A DNA stretch of 64,000 bases from contig MEPB01000048.1 in NCBI GenBank assembly GCA_001769385.1, forward strand, positions 21,548 through 85,547, in the 5' to 3' direction. The stretch's first letter is position 1, and each line of letters begins with the position of its first letter. A model generated the notes under the pieces. That model saw nothing but the letters and a program-made list of their open reading frames with translations. It was not told the origin of the DNA and made no database searches. Below are positions 29,440-40,162 of the stretch, piece by piece. Position numbers and translations under genes: made by a program. Source of the stretch: Bacteroidetes bacterium RIFCSPLOWO2_12_FULL_35_15. Lineage in GTDB: Bacteria > Bacteroidota > Bacteroidia > 2-12-FULL-35-15.

Positions 29440-29774
29440 TTTTTCGGGTTTTAAGTTAGGGAAATTAGAGTATGCTTTGGCTAACCTAGTTCAAGTATTT
29501 ATGAAAAGCAAATTTCTTATTCAAATTTAGCCGGCATTTTTATCCAACGGTGGTTTTTTTGATCCTGCGGTAGTTTTCTGTCGCAAAAGGGTGATAAGGC
29601 TCATGTTTATTTGCTGCAGATTTACAGACTGACTCTTCTTTTTAAAAGTATTAAATACTATAATCATTGCCACTGCAATTAATCTTTTTTAAAATCAGCG
29701 AATCTGCGGCTGTATCCTTAAGCTCTTCAAAGGCACAATTTTAGAGAGCCAGACATAACCCTGCCCCAGGCATT

Positions 29775-31436
29775 TTATTTTCGATACAGCACCCTCAACA
29801 TTTTTTCATCTCTTTTATACACATCAATAAAAAAGTGCAACTCATTACAATCATCTGCTTCCACCGTAAAATAATTAATATAAATTGGGATCGGATGTTT
29901 GATGTAAACATATTTTTGTCTTTCAATACGAAGATCCTTTTTTAAGGAGTCAAAAGGATAATTGAGACTATCGTCACGGATCAGGAATTTTGCAAAATCC
30001 ATGAACTTTTCTAAACGCACACAACCGTGACTCATGGCTCGCATTTCGCGATTAAAAAGTCTTCGGTTATCCGTATCGTGCATATATACACCATATTTAT
30101 TTTCGAAATTAAATTTTAAAATTCCAAGTGAATTGTCGTCACCCATGCGTTGACGCAATTTCCAGGGGAAATAATTTTTAGTGTATTTTTTCCAGTTAAT
30201 AACTGTGTCAACAATATTATTATACCTGTCAAGCACATCAAAATTTTTCCTTCGCAAATAAGAAGTATCTCGTTTTAAAATGGGTAAAATTTCTTTTGTG
30301 GCAATACTAAGCGGAACGGTCCAGTATGGATAAATAATAAAATAACGAATCGTACTTTTCAGCAATGGCGTTGGATGATCAGGTGTCCCCGTAATCACCC
30401 GCGATTTCATCACCAGTGTATCTTCTTCTATCACCCGCATTTCATACTTAGGAATATTCACCCAAACAAATTGTTTTTCGGCAGGTGCATTTTTCCATCG
30501 CCAACGTTCCATATTTAGTTCTATCTGATGGATGTAATCTTGTTTGGTTCGTTGCAAAGCTTTAAATGTAAGTTTGCCGATCTTCCCATCTTCAGTTAAA
30601 TTATTTTTGCATTGAAAATTTTTGATCGCTTTTGCTAATTTGATCGAATCATTACCACTAACTTCTTTATAATAATCATGACTGGCTATCAAACGGTTTT
30701 TTAAACGTTCCTTAAATGTTAATGAATCTGATTCGCGACTTGCTAAACTATCCCAGTCTGAATCTTTAAATTCAAATTTGAAATTTTTTAATGCCTTTTT
30801 TAATTTCCGGTACTGCTCATTTTTGGGCTCCAGAGAATCGATTGCGGAGCGAATTGCATTTTTCGTTAATGCGGCATTTAAAATTACTACCAAATTGGTA
30901 TCCATTTGATCTGCTTTCCACTCACGGGTGAGACTATCCGCATTTAAGCGACCTTTATGAACGTTTATGGCAAAAGTAAAAAAGGCATCCGTTAATAACA
31001 GGTCGAGTTCTGAAACTTTTACAGCATCAAATTTTTTAGTTACACTATCTTTTTCTGTTTTTATTAAACTATCAATTTTTTCTATATGGTAATCCCTTGA
31101 GATCAAACCATATTCATCCGCATTTTTCAAGATTGTTAAAAGGGTATCACCTTGTTTATTAAGTTTTCCTTTATCGGTCCAGCTAACTTCAAAATCCTTT
31201 ATCTGATAAAATTCGATAATAGATTTGCTTGAAAAAAGACTGTCGTTCGCAATAATCAGTGTTTTTAAAGTGTCGGCATCTTCGAGTTGATCGGACAGCA
31301 GATCAGTTACTTCTTCATTGATAAGTTCGGGATCTTCCACCAATACAATTGGCTTCGGTTTTGGTTCCGAACATTTATTACAACCCAGAATAGTGAATAC
31401 AACAAATAGAAAGAAAAATGAAGTTTTGCGATACAA
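29775..31436 (-). CDS. L,D-transpeptidase family protein (YkuD/YcbB-like) with peptidoglycan-binding region
   Basis: Catalytic motif MSHGCVRLE (HxxxxxxxxSxGC) and an N-terminal lipobox. Confidence 0.8.
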   Translation of the reverse strand: MYRKTSFFFLFVVFTILGCNKCSEPKPKPIVLVEDPELINEEVTDLLSDQLEDADTLKTLIIANDSLFSSKSIIEFYQIKDFEVSWTDKGKLNKQGDTLLTILKNADEYGLISRDYHIEKIDSLIKTEKDSVTKKFDAVKVSELDLLLTDAFFTFAINVHKGRLNADSLTREWKADQMDTNLVVILNAALTKNAIRSAIDSLEPKNEQYRKLKKALKNFKFEFKDSDWDSLASRESDSLTFKERLKNRLIASHDYYKEVSGNDSIKLAKAIKNFQCKNNLTEDGKIGKLTFKALQRTKQDYIHQIELNMERWRWKNAPAEKQFVWVNIPKYEMRVIEEDTLVMKSRVITGTPDHPTPLLKSTIRYFIIYPYWTVPLSIATKEILPILKRDTSYLRRKNFDVLDRYNNIVDTVINWKKYTKNYFPWKLRQRMGDDNSLGILKFNFENKYGVYMHDTDNRRLFNREMRAMSHGCVRLEKFMDFAKFLIRDDSLNYPFDSLKKDLRIERQKYVYIKHPIPIYINYFTVEADDCNELHFFIDVYKRDEKMLRVLYRK

Positions 31437-31662
31437 GGGAAAAAAATTTGTTCTTCAAAGGTACAAAATTGCCCTACATGGCAGGAAGAAACTAATTATA
31501 TTAAAAGTATGCACCATAAATCCGCTTTAAAAGGATTTTGTGCTATTAACAAGTTGTTAACAATTGAGCAAAGTTTTTAACGACCTGTTTTTTATCATCT
31601 TTTTTAATGCTTAATTTGATTTTTAAATAAAATCATACTATTAACAGGACTAATTTTTACTA

Positions 31663-32232
31663 ATGAAAATAAAAAACATTTTCTCTATAACCTTAATTAT
31701 TGTGGCTATGGTTGTAGCTTTTAACTCAAGCGGGATTGCACAAGCAAGTTATTACAAAGGGTATGTCATATTATTAACCGGAGATACACTCAAAGGAGAG
31801 ATCAAAATGAACCCCAAACGCGAATTTGATAATTTTACCAAAGCTTCTTACCGAAAAAGTGAAGGGTCGGAAATAAAAACATTTAGTCCTAAAAAGATCA
31901 AAGAATACCATGTTAATGGAATAATTTATGTTTCGAGAAATATCGAAGGGGAACAAATTTTCATGAAACAACTTTCAGGTGGATGGGTTAACTTATACGA
32001 AGCACAAGTGGAAGTATATCAAATGAATGAACTGAAGATCAAATCGGATTATTACATGGAAAAAGTAGCTGAAGCCGGTCCAATAAAAATAAAATCAGGT
32101 AGGTTTAGAAAGCAGGTAGAAGAAGTAATGTCGGACAATCTGGAAATAGTAAAAGCCTTACAGGATAAAACGTACGACTACGAGAATATTGTTGAAGTAT
32201 TTAACAGCTATAATAAATCTGCAAAAAATTAA
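31663..32232 (+). CDS. Hypothetical secreted protein
   Basis: Signal peptide, 189 aa, no recognised motif. Confidence 0.4.
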   Translation: MKIKNIFSITLIIVAMVVAFNSSGIAQASYYKGYVILLTGDTLKGEIKMNPKREFDNFTKASYRKSEGSEIKTFSPKKIKEYHVNGIIYVSRNIEGEQIFMKQLSGGWVNLYEAQVEVYQMNELKIKSDYYMEKVAEAGPIKIKSGRFRKQVEEVMSDNLEIVKALQDKTYDYENIVEVFNSYNKSAKN

Positions 32233-32247
32233 CTATTGATATAGCAA

Positions 32248-32285
32248 AAAAAAGAGGCTGATGAACATCAGCCTCTTTTTTTTGT
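32248..32285 (+). terminator. Rho-independent terminator
   Basis: agaggctgatgaacatcagcctct stem followed by T8. Confidence 0.6.
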
Positions 32286-32330
32286 ATAAATTAAAATAAA
32301 TGAGGTAATTTGCCTCTTGCCTTATGAAAC

Positions 32331-33461
32331 GTGTCGATTAGGAAATACATACTTCTTTTTACAGTCCTCTTTTTTTTCTGTGATTTTTATCCATCACAAA
32401 AAAAAGTAGAATTGCTCGTGGCTGAATATGACGATAATGCCGCTATTAATCATTTACAATATCTGAACAATTATGTTTTTCTGGATGGTGTGATGGTTTC
32501 AAAAGAAACCATTTTAAGTGTTCCAACCGAAAAAATTGGTGTAAAAGGCAACTATGTAAGATTTGATATTGGTAAAAATAAGATCTATCGTAATCGTTAT
32601 GTTGTAACAGGTATTGGCAACATCATTGATTTCAGAAATAAAAAATTATTGCTTACCGAAAAAGATGAATTTGTGGCATTTCAAGGTGATAGTATTGTAT
32701 TTCATACCGATGATATTTTTAAAGGCAACTATTTTTCTGTATTCAACCTGAAAACTGAAAAATATCAAAAAGTAGAAAATGCAAACTTTAATCCCATCCC
32801 CAGACCGGATGTGGAGGTGGATGAAACAACCAAGCCGTTTAGCATTAACATGTATCGTGTAAACGGAAAAAAAGAAGTACTGGTGAAAGATGCCGGTTAT
32901 GGAGAATCTCAGCCGCTTATTGGAGAAGATGTAAAACGGAAGTTCCCTATCTTCTGGCTGAATAATACTTCGTTTTTATATGTCAATTTCAATAAGAATC
33001 AGCAAATAGCAAGTATTTATAAAGTAAATACGGACAATACCTCCGAAAAAATTGCTGATATAGAGGAAATCCCGGCAAGTGCGGAAAATACATTTTTTGA
33101 ATTTGGTGAAGGTGGTGCTGTAATTTATTCCTGTGGAAAAGGCCGTTTCCAAATAGATCTGGTAAAAAAGAAAGCGGATAAGATTTTATTTGAGACGATT
33201 GGAAATAATTTTTTTGTTGAATCAGAAGAAAATCCAAAATATGGAAGAATGATAAAATTTGATACCAAAGAAATAGGAAAAAAATGGTGTCGGTTTGATA
33301 ATGCGAAAACAATAAATGGTTTTGCAGCTTTTCAAAATGATATGGTAATTGGTACCGAACGTTATCCACAAGGAGTTGTCGTTTGGAATACAATAACAAA
33401 TAAATGGACCACACTGGAAATCTCCTCGCTGGCAGAAATTATTGGCTGGGTGGAGAACTAA
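32331..33461 (+). CDS. Hypothetical protein
   Basis: 376 aa with an N-terminal hydrophobic segment. No recognised motif. Confidence 0.4.
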   Translation: MSIRKYILLFTVLFFFCDFYPSQKKVELLVAEYDDNAAINHLQYLNNYVFLDGVMVSKETILSVPTEKIGVKGNYVRFDIGKNKIYRNRYVVTGIGNIIDFRNKKLLLTEKDEFVAFQGDSIVFHTDDIFKGNYFSVFNLKTEKYQKVENANFNPIPRPDVEVDETTKPFSINMYRVNGKKEVLVKDAGYGESQPLIGEDVKRKFPIFWLNNTSFLYVNFNKNQQIASIYKVNTDNTSEKIADIEEIPASAENTFFEFGEGGAVIYSCGKGRFQIDLVKKKADKILFETIGNNFFVESEENPKYGRMIKFDTKEIGKKWCRFDNAKTINGFAAFQNDMVIGTERYPQGVVVWNTITNKWTTLEISSLAEIIGWVEN

Positions 33462-33675
33462 GATAAAATAGTTTAAAGTTTGAAGGTTCTATTCTCATTA
33501 ACACTTTTTACTTAAGAACTTTAATTTTTTTAATTCGGGCAACAATTAAAAATTTACCTTTGCCCTCTCTTAAAATAAGAAATTTAGTTTTAGGATTCGT
33601 TTAACGAACTTTTTAAATTAAACTTTCGAACTTTAAACCTTGTCCTGATCAAATTCAGGATCTAATAAAAGTAAA

Positions 33676-34734
33676 ATGTCAGAAGAAAAAATAATTGTCG
33701 GGATTTCACAAGGCGATATTAATGGGATAGGGTTAGAAGTGATCATAAAAACATTTCTGGATCCACAAATGTTTGATATCTGTACTCCTGTTGTTTTTGG
33801 TTCAAACAAAACGGCTTCTTTTCATCGTAAGGCATTAAATATTGAAGACTTTAGTTTTAATCAGATCAAGGATGTTTCAGAAATAAATCATAAGCGCGCT
33901 AATATTATCAACGTGTATGAGGAAGAGGTGAATGTGGAGCTGGGCAAACAAACTGCTGATGGTGGAAAATACGCATTAAAATCTCTGGAAGCAGCAGCTT
34001 ATGCATTGGCTCAGGGGAAAATTCATGTATTGGTTACTGCACCAATTAATAAGGAGAATATTCAATCTCCCGATTTTAAGTTCCCTGGTCATACCGAGTA
34101 TCTGGATGAAAAATTTGCCGATGGGAAAAGCAGTTTAATGTTTTTAGTGAGTGATACTTTACGTGTAGCTGTTGCCACTGGTCATATTCCCGTAACACAG
34201 GTTGCCCAGGCACTAACTTCCGAAAAAATTCAAAGCAAGTTACAAGCATTGAACAAATCACTGATTCAGGATTTTGAGATCCGTAAACCTAAAATTGCCG
34301 TTTTAGGTTTAAATCCTCATGCCGGAGATAATGGCGTGATAGGAAACGAAGAACAAAACATCATTATTCCGGCAATTAACAAAATGAAGGAGGAAGGCAT
34401 GTTGGTTTATGGTCCTTACTCAGCAGATGGTTTTTTTGGAAATGGGGCATACAAAAATTTTGATGCAGTATTAGCCATGTATCACGATCAGGGATTGATA
34501 CCTTTTAAAACAATTGCATTTAATTCGGGAGTGAATTTTACAGCCGGATTACCAATTGTCCGCACCTCCCCGGATCATGGAACAGCTTATGATATTGCAG
34601 GAAAAAATGTGGCTTCCGAAGAATCTTTTCGAAGAGCAATATATACTGCAATTGATATTTATAAAAGACGTAAATTGTTTAAAGAGATAAGCATCAATCC
34701 CTTAAAGATTAACCCAATAAAACGGGAACGGTAA
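33676..34734 (+). CDS. pdxA: 4-hydroxythreonine-4-phosphate dehydrogenase
   Basis: GDINGIG, PGHTEYL, GLNPHAGD... and TSPDHGTAYDIAG are PdxA signatures. Confidence 0.9.
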   Translation: MSEEKIIVGISQGDINGIGLEVIIKTFLDPQMFDICTPVVFGSNKTASFHRKALNIEDFSFNQIKDVSEINHKRANIINVYEEEVNVELGKQTADGGKYALKSLEAAAYALAQGKIHVLVTAPINKENIQSPDFKFPGHTEYLDEKFADGKSSLMFLVSDTLRVAVATGHIPVTQVAQALTSEKIQSKLQALNKSLIQDFEIRKPKIAVLGLNPHAGDNGVIGNEEQNIIIPAINKMKEEGMLVYGPYSADGFFGNGAYKNFDAVLAMYHDQGLIPFKTIAFNSGVNFTAGLPIVRTSPDHGTAYDIAGKNVASEESFRRAIYTAIDIYKRRKLFKEISINPLKINPIKRER

Positions 34735-34909
34735 AGATCTCATCTGCCAAAAAACATATTTAATAGATAAAAATCGGTTAAAAAGCTTGTTTTTTATCCG
34801 ATTTTTCAATTTTTCAACACAAAACCACCCGAAATTATATTTTCATCAATATTTTGAAGTAAGGCAGAATTTTTTACCTTTGTGACCTTTCTTTAAAACT
34901 TAGGCAAAA

Positions 34910-35443
34910 ATGCAGACCAGAAAAGAATATATTATTCAGTTTGTAGGTTTGAGTGTTGGAGAGCATTTATTTGAATTTAATATCAGTGATTCGTTCTTTG
35001 AAGGCCTTGATTATTCTGAAATAAAACAAGGTAACATTAACGTTATTCTCAAATTATTAAAACAATCCAGTATGATGGTTTTTAGTTTTGAGATCAGCGG
35101 AACAGTAAGAATGAATTGCGATCGTTGTGCGGCAGAATTTGATTTGCCAATCAATGGAAACTATAAACTGATTGTGAAAGTAGGAGGGAATGATGCAAGT
35201 GGCGAAGATGATGATATTATTACCATTGCTGCCAATGAACATGAATTAGATCTGTCACAATATTTGTATGAATACATTACACTTTCTTTGCCGGGTAAAC
35301 GAGTTCATCCGGATGATAAAAAAGGGAAAAGTACATGCGATAAAGAAATGCTAAAAAAACTAGATCATTTTATTACTGAAGAAGAGAAAGAGGAGGAAAA
35401 CGATCCTCGTTGGAACGATCTGAAAAATATAAAATTAAATTAA
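34910..35443 (+). CDS. yceD: YceD/DUF177 family protein
   Basis: Lies immediately upstream of rpmF-plsX-fabH. Has the CDRC Cys pair and an acidic tail. Confidence 0.75.
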   Translation: MQTRKEYIIQFVGLSVGEHLFEFNISDSFFEGLDYSEIKQGNINVILKLLKQSSMMVFSFEISGTVRMNCDRCAAEFDLPINGNYKLIVKVGGNDASGEDDDIITIAANEHELDLSQYLYEYITLSLPGKRVHPDDKKGKSTCDKEMLKKLDHFITEEEKEEENDPRWNDLKNIKLN

Positions 35444-35478
35444 AAAGTAAATAATAACAATTAAATAAATACAGTAAA

Positions 35479-35664
35479 ATGCCACATCCTAAGCGAAAAT
35501 TATCGAGATCGAGAAGAGACAGCCGTAGAGGTCAAGACAAAGCAGTAGCGTCAACCCTTTCAACATGTTCAAATTGCGGAGCCCCAACATTGTACCACCG
35601 TGTTTGTGGTGAATGTGGTTTCTACAGAGGAAAACTAGCAGTTGAGAAAAAAGTTTCTGCTTAA
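35479..35664 (+). CDS. rpmF: 50S ribosomal protein L32
   Basis: 61 aa with KLSRSRRDSRR and C-x2-C...C-x2-C. The synteny is conserved. Confidence 0.85.
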   Translation: MPHPKRKLSRSRRDSRRGQDKAVASTLSTCSNCGAPTLYHRVCGECGFYRGKLAVEKKVSA

Positions 35665-35762
35665 TAAATTAAGTTAAATAAGTAATTGGTTAATCGGGTA
35701 TTTAAGCAATGTGTGCTTAGCCTTATTTTTCTGTTTACTCAATAACCATTAGCTTTTCATTT

Positions 35763-36701
35763 ATGAAGATAGGTATAGATATTATGGGCGGTGATTTTGC
35801 ACCCGAAGCAACAATTTTCGGGGCAATTTTAGCTAGTAATGAGTTACCAAAAAATATTCACCTTGTATTAATTGGTGATAAGGATCAGATAGTTGCTGGT
35901 ATCAAAAAGCATGAGGCTGATCCAAAGAATTTTGAAATCGTTCATACCACCGATATTGTTGGTATGGGGGAGCACCCTACTAAAGTCTTTTCACAAAAAC
36001 CCAACTCCTCAATGGCTGTTGGGTTTCGTCTTTTAAAAGAAGGGAAAATCGATGGCTTTGCCAGCAACGGAAATACAGGTGCTATGCTTGTTGGTTCTAT
36101 GTTTAGCATAAAAGTAGTTCCCGGTGTGATCCGTCCTTGCATCACTGTTATCTTACCCAAAGAAAATGGTGGCGTGGGTCTTTTATTAGATGTGGGTACC
36201 AATGCTGATTGTAAGCCGGATGTGTTATATCAGTTCGGTGTACTCGGATCTTTATATGCCGAACATGTTTATGGGATCAAAAATCCAAAAGTTGCTTTAT
36301 TAAATATTGGTGAAGAGCCGGAAAAAGGGAACCTGGTTGCGCAAGCAGCTCATTCGTTAATGAAGGATTCTAAAGATTTTAATTTCATCGGAAATGTGGA
36401 AGGTCGTGATATTTTTAATGACTTTGCAGATGTTATTGTATGCGATGGCTTCACTGGAAATGTGGTTTTAAAAGAAGCCGAAGCTTTTTATACGATGATC
36501 AAAAAGAGAGGATTGAGTGATCCCTACTTCGATCGGTTTAATTATGAAAATTATGGAGGAACACCCGTGTTAGGTGTTAATTCTACGGTCATGATCGGAC
36601 ACGGCATTTCAAATGAAATTGCAGTGAAAAATATGATATTACTTACAAAAGGTGTTGTTGAGGCTAAATTAGCCGACAAAATAAAAGACGTATTTCAATA
36701 A
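35763..36701 (+). CDS. plsX: Phosphate acyltransferase
   Basis: MKIGIDIMGGD start, 312 aa, upstream of fabH. Confidence 0.9.
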   Translation: MKIGIDIMGGDFAPEATIFGAILASNELPKNIHLVLIGDKDQIVAGIKKHEADPKNFEIVHTTDIVGMGEHPTKVFSQKPNSSMAVGFRLLKEGKIDGFASNGNTGAMLVGSMFSIKVVPGVIRPCITVILPKENGGVGLLLDVGTNADCKPDVLYQFGVLGSLYAEHVYGIKNPKVALLNIGEEPEKGNLVAQAAHSLMKDSKDFNFIGNVEGRDIFNDFADVIVCDGFTGNVVLKEAEAFYTMIKKRGLSDPYFDRFNYENYGGTPVLGVNSTVMIGHGISNEIAVKNMILLTKGVVEAKLADKIKDVFQ

Positions 36702-37696
36702 TGACAAAAACTACCGCTTCTATCACTGCTGTTGCAGGATATGTTCCTGATTACATTCTTTCAAATGAGGAATTAGTAAAAATGGTTTCTACTGATGCGA
36801 ACTGGATCGAAACACGTACAGGAATCAAAGAACGAAGAATATTAAAAGGAGAAGGCTTAGGAACATCTGATATGGCAGTGATCGCTATCGAACGATTGTT
36901 AAAAAAACGTGGCATTACCCCATTGGATATCGATATGATCATTGTGGCTTCTGTTACTCCTGATTTGATTTTTCCTTCAACTTCCAATATTATCTGTGAT
37001 AAAATAGGAGCAACCAATGCCTGGGGATTCGACCTGGCAGCAGCTTGTTCAGGATTTATTTTTGCACTTACAACAGGAACTCAGTTTATTGAGACCGGTA
37101 AATGCAAAAAAGTAATAGTAGTTGGAGCAGATAAAATGTCCTCTATTTTAGATTATACCGATCGTTCCACGTGTATAATTTTTGGTGATGGTGCAGGAGC
37201 CGTATTACTGGAGCCAACTACAGACGGGCATGGAGTTATCGATTCCATATTAGGAGTTGATGGTTCGGGCAGGGCTCATTTACATCAAAAAGCAGGAGGT
37301 TCTGTAAAGCCTCCTTCACATGCCACTATTGATGCAAAAGAACATTTTGTATATCAGGAAGGACAAGCAGTCTTTAAAAGAGCTGTTGTAGGAATGGCAG
37401 AAGTTTCGGCAGAAATAATGGTAAAAAATAAGTTAACAGCTGATGATGTTGCATGGTTGGTGCCGCATCAGGCAAATAAACGGATCATCGATGCCACGGC
37501 TGAACGCATGGGTTTATCATCTGAAAAAGTGATGTTGAATATTCAAAAATATGGTAATACCACTGCAGCAACAATACCATTATGCTTATGGGATTATGAA
37601 AAACAATTAAAAAAGGGTGACAATATTATTTTGTCAACTTTTGGCGCAGGTTTTACCTGGGGAGCAATTTATGTTAAATGGGCATATAACTCTTAA
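36701..37696 (+). CDS. fabH: 3-oxoacyl-ACP synthase III
   Basis: Active-site AACSGF and His/Asn (HQANKRI), GNTTAAT. 331 aa. Confidence 0.9.
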   Translation: MTKTTASITAVAGYVPDYILSNEELVKMVSTDANWIETRTGIKERRILKGEGLGTSDMAVIAIERLLKKRGITPLDIDMIIVASVTPDLIFPSTSNIICDKIGATNAWGFDLAAACSGFIFALTTGTQFIETGKCKKVIVVGADKMSSILDYTDRSTCIIFGDGAGAVLLEPTTDGHGVIDSILGVDGSGRAHLHQKAGGSVKPPSHATIDAKEHFVYQEGQAVFKRAVVGMAEVSAEIMVKNKLTADDVAWLVPHQANKRIIDATAERMGLSSEKVMLNIQKYGNTTAATIPLCLWDYEKQLKKGDNIILSTFGAGFTWGAIYVKWAYNS

Positions 37697-37754
37697 TTTA
37701 CTTGGAATGAAAATTTATTTTTTATAGAGTACTAATTTTAAAAAATTAAATCAA

Positions 37755-38243
37755 ATGAAATTAAACGAAATACAGGATTTAATAAAGTTTGTTGCAAAAT
37801 CTGGCGTTAGCGAGGTTGAACTAGAGACTAAAGATGTGAAAATTATCATCAAAACTCCTGCAGGAAGAGGAAAAGAACAGGTTTTTGTTCAGCCTGTTAC
37901 ACAACCTGTTGCTCAAGTTGCAGCGCCTGTAACTCAACAAGTAGTTACAACATCTCAGGAAATAAAAACTGCTGAACCAGTTGTAACTTCAGAAGAAGCA
38001 AAATACATTACCGTAAAATCTCCGATGATAGGAACCTTTTATCGTTCTTCTTCACCTGATAAGCCTTCCTTTGTAAATGTAGGTGATGATATTGATACCG
38101 GTAAAGTAATTTGCATTATTGAAGCAATGAAGCTGTTCAATGAAATAGAGTCAGAAGTTAAAGGGAAAATTGTAAAAGTATTGGTAAATGATGCAACTCC
38201 GGTTGAATACGATCAACCATTATTTTTAGTAGATCCAAGTTAA
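37755..38243 (+). CDS. accB: Acetyl-CoA carboxylase biotin carboxyl carrier protein
   Basis: Biotinyl-lysine motif EAMKLFNEIE and an A/P/Q/V-rich linker. Confidence 0.9.
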   Translation: MKLNEIQDLIKFVAKSGVSEVELETKDVKIIIKTPAGRGKEQVFVQPVTQPVAQVAAPVTQQVVTTSQEIKTAEPVVTSEEAKYITVKSPMIGTFYRSSSPDKPSFVNVGDDIDTGKVICIIEAMKLFNEIESEVKGKIVKVLVNDATPVEYDQPLFLVDPS

Positions 38244-38331
38244 GTTAGAGAATTAGTTAATTAGAGAAATGGAGATTCTGGATCATTAAATCTCCAATTC
38301 TCTATTTCAACAAATCATCAATTCAAAAACC

Positions 38332-39672
38332 ATGTTCAAAAAGATATTAATAGCAAACAGAGGCGAAATAGCATTACGTATTATTCGTACCTGTAAGGAA
38401 ATGGGAATAAAAACGGTAGCTGTCTATTCTACTGCCGATAAAGATTCATTGCATGTAAAATTTGCCGATGAGGCAGTGTGCATTGGTCCTCCGCCAAGTA
38501 AAGATTCCTACTTAAATATACAAAGTATTATTTCAGCTGCTGAAATTACCAATGCTGATGCGATTCATCCGGGTTATGGTTTTTTATCAGAGAATGCAAA
38601 GTTTTCAAAAATTTGTCAGGAGCATAATATAAAATTTATTGGGGCTACACCCGAAATGATCAATTCCATGGGCGACAAAGCTTCTGCAAAAGCAACCATG
38701 ATCGAAGCCGGTGTTCCTTGTGTTCCGGGTTCAGAAGGTTTATTGGAAAGTGCAGCGCAAGCAATAGAATTAGCCCCGAAGGTTGGTTATCCTGTGATCA
38801 TCAAAGCTACTGCAGGTGGCGGTGGTAGAGGAATGCGTATTGTCTGGAAAGAAGAAGAAATGGAAGCCCTGTATGATTCCGCATTTAAAGAAGCAGAAGC
38901 TGCATTTGGAAATGGCGCCATGTATATGGAAAAATATATTGAAGAACCACGCCATATCGAAATTCAAATTGTTGGTGATCAATATGGAAAAGCGTGTCAT
39001 TTATCAGAAAGAGATTGTTCCATTCAAAGACGTCATCAAAAATTGGTAGAGGAAACTCCATCCCCTTTTATGACCACTGAATTGCGTGATGCAATGGGTG
39101 CTGCTGCTGTTAAAGCTGCAACAGCCGTTAGGTACGAAGGCGTTGGAACTGTTGAGTTTTTGGTTGATAAGCACCGCAATTTTTATTTTATGGAAATGAA
39201 TACACGTATTCAGGTGGAGCATCCGATAACTGAAGAGGTAATCAACTATGATTTGGTACGTGAACAAATATTGGTTGCAGCAGGTGTTCCTATTTCCGGA
39301 AAAAATTATTTTCCTCAATTATGTGCAATTGAATGTCGGATCAATGCTGAAGATCCATTTAATAATTTCCGTCCTTCACCGGGTAAAATTACTACGTTAC
39401 ATACACCGGGCGGACATGGCATTCGTGTAGATTCTCATATTTATGCAGGTTATACGATTCCTCCGAATTATGACAGCATGGTTGCAAAACTTATAACCGT
39501 TGCTCAGACACGTGAGGAAGCCATTGCAAAAATGCACCGTGCTTTAAGTGAGTACGTTATTGAAGGTGTAAAAACAACCATCCCTTTTCATTTAAAATTA
39601 ATGAAAGACGAAAATTTTATTAAAGGAAATTATACAACAAAGTTTTTGGAAGATTTTGATCTTACTGAATAA
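38332..39672 (+). CDS. accC: Acetyl-CoA carboxylase biotin carboxylase subunit
   Basis: ATP-grasp ([23 protein letters not shown]). 446 aa. Confidence 0.95.
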   Translation: MFKKILIANRGEIALRIIRTCKEMGIKTVAVYSTADKDSLHVKFADEAVCIGPPPSKDSYLNIQSIISAAEITNADAIHPGYGFLSENAKFSKICQEHNIKFIGATPEMINSMGDKASAKATMIEAGVPCVPGSEGLLESAAQAIELAPKVGYPVIIKATAGGGGRGMRIVWKEEEMEALYDSAFKEAEAAFGNGAMYMEKYIEEPRHIEIQIVGDQYGKACHLSERDCSIQRRHQKLVEETPSPFMTTELRDAMGAAAVKAATAVRYEGVGTVEFLVDKHRNFYFMEMNTRIQVEHPITEEVINYDLVREQILVAAGVPISGKNYFPQLCAIECRINAEDPFNNFRPSPGKITTLHTPGGHGIRVDSHIYAGYTIPPNYDSMVAKLITVAQTREEAIAKMHRALSEYVIEGVKTTIPFHLKLMKDENFIKGNYTTKFLEDFDLTE

Positions 39673-39693
39673 ATCCTATTATTTCTTATACAA

Positions 39694-39728
39694 AAAAGGA
39701 GCTTCAATTTTTGAAGCTCTTTTTTTTG
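39694..39728 (+). terminator. Rho-independent terminator after accC
   Basis: ggagcttcaatttttgaagctc stem followed by T8. Confidence 0.6.
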
Positions 39729-39874
39729 CACTAACTTTTTCAATTAGAAATTCCAATTAGAAATTCCAATTTGAAGGAGCTATTTCATCAGCTGTCTTTG
39801 CTAAAAACCTGAGTTCGATAACTTGATATAAATATCATTAAATATTAATAGACGGAGGATATTATTTCGGAACT

Positions 39875-40105
39875 GTCATTTCGAACGAAATGAAATGAAG
39901 AGAGAAATATCATTTTGCGAAGAAGAGATTTCTCCCTCTGGTCGAAATGACATTTAGGAAAGTCATTTCGAACGAAATGAAGAGAGAAATCTCATTTTGC
40001 GAAGAAGAGATTTCTCCCTCTGGTCGAAATGACTTTAGGAAAGTCATTTCGAACGAAATGAAATGAAGAGAGAAATCTCATTTTTGCAAAGAAGAGATTT
40101 CTCCC
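39875..40105. repeat. Tandem cluster (~3 units, ~75 bp each) of the REP/MITE-like hairpin family
   Basis: The unit gtcatttcgaacgaaatgaa(atgaa)gagagaaatctcattttgcgaagaagagatttctccctctggtcgaaatgac is repeated. The 72-aa ORF 40063-40281 is repeat-derived. Confidence 0.8.
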
Positions 40106-40162
40106 GGAGTTTCTTCCCGCATTATTTCCAAAAAGGAAAAATAGTTTTTAAATTTGATGGAT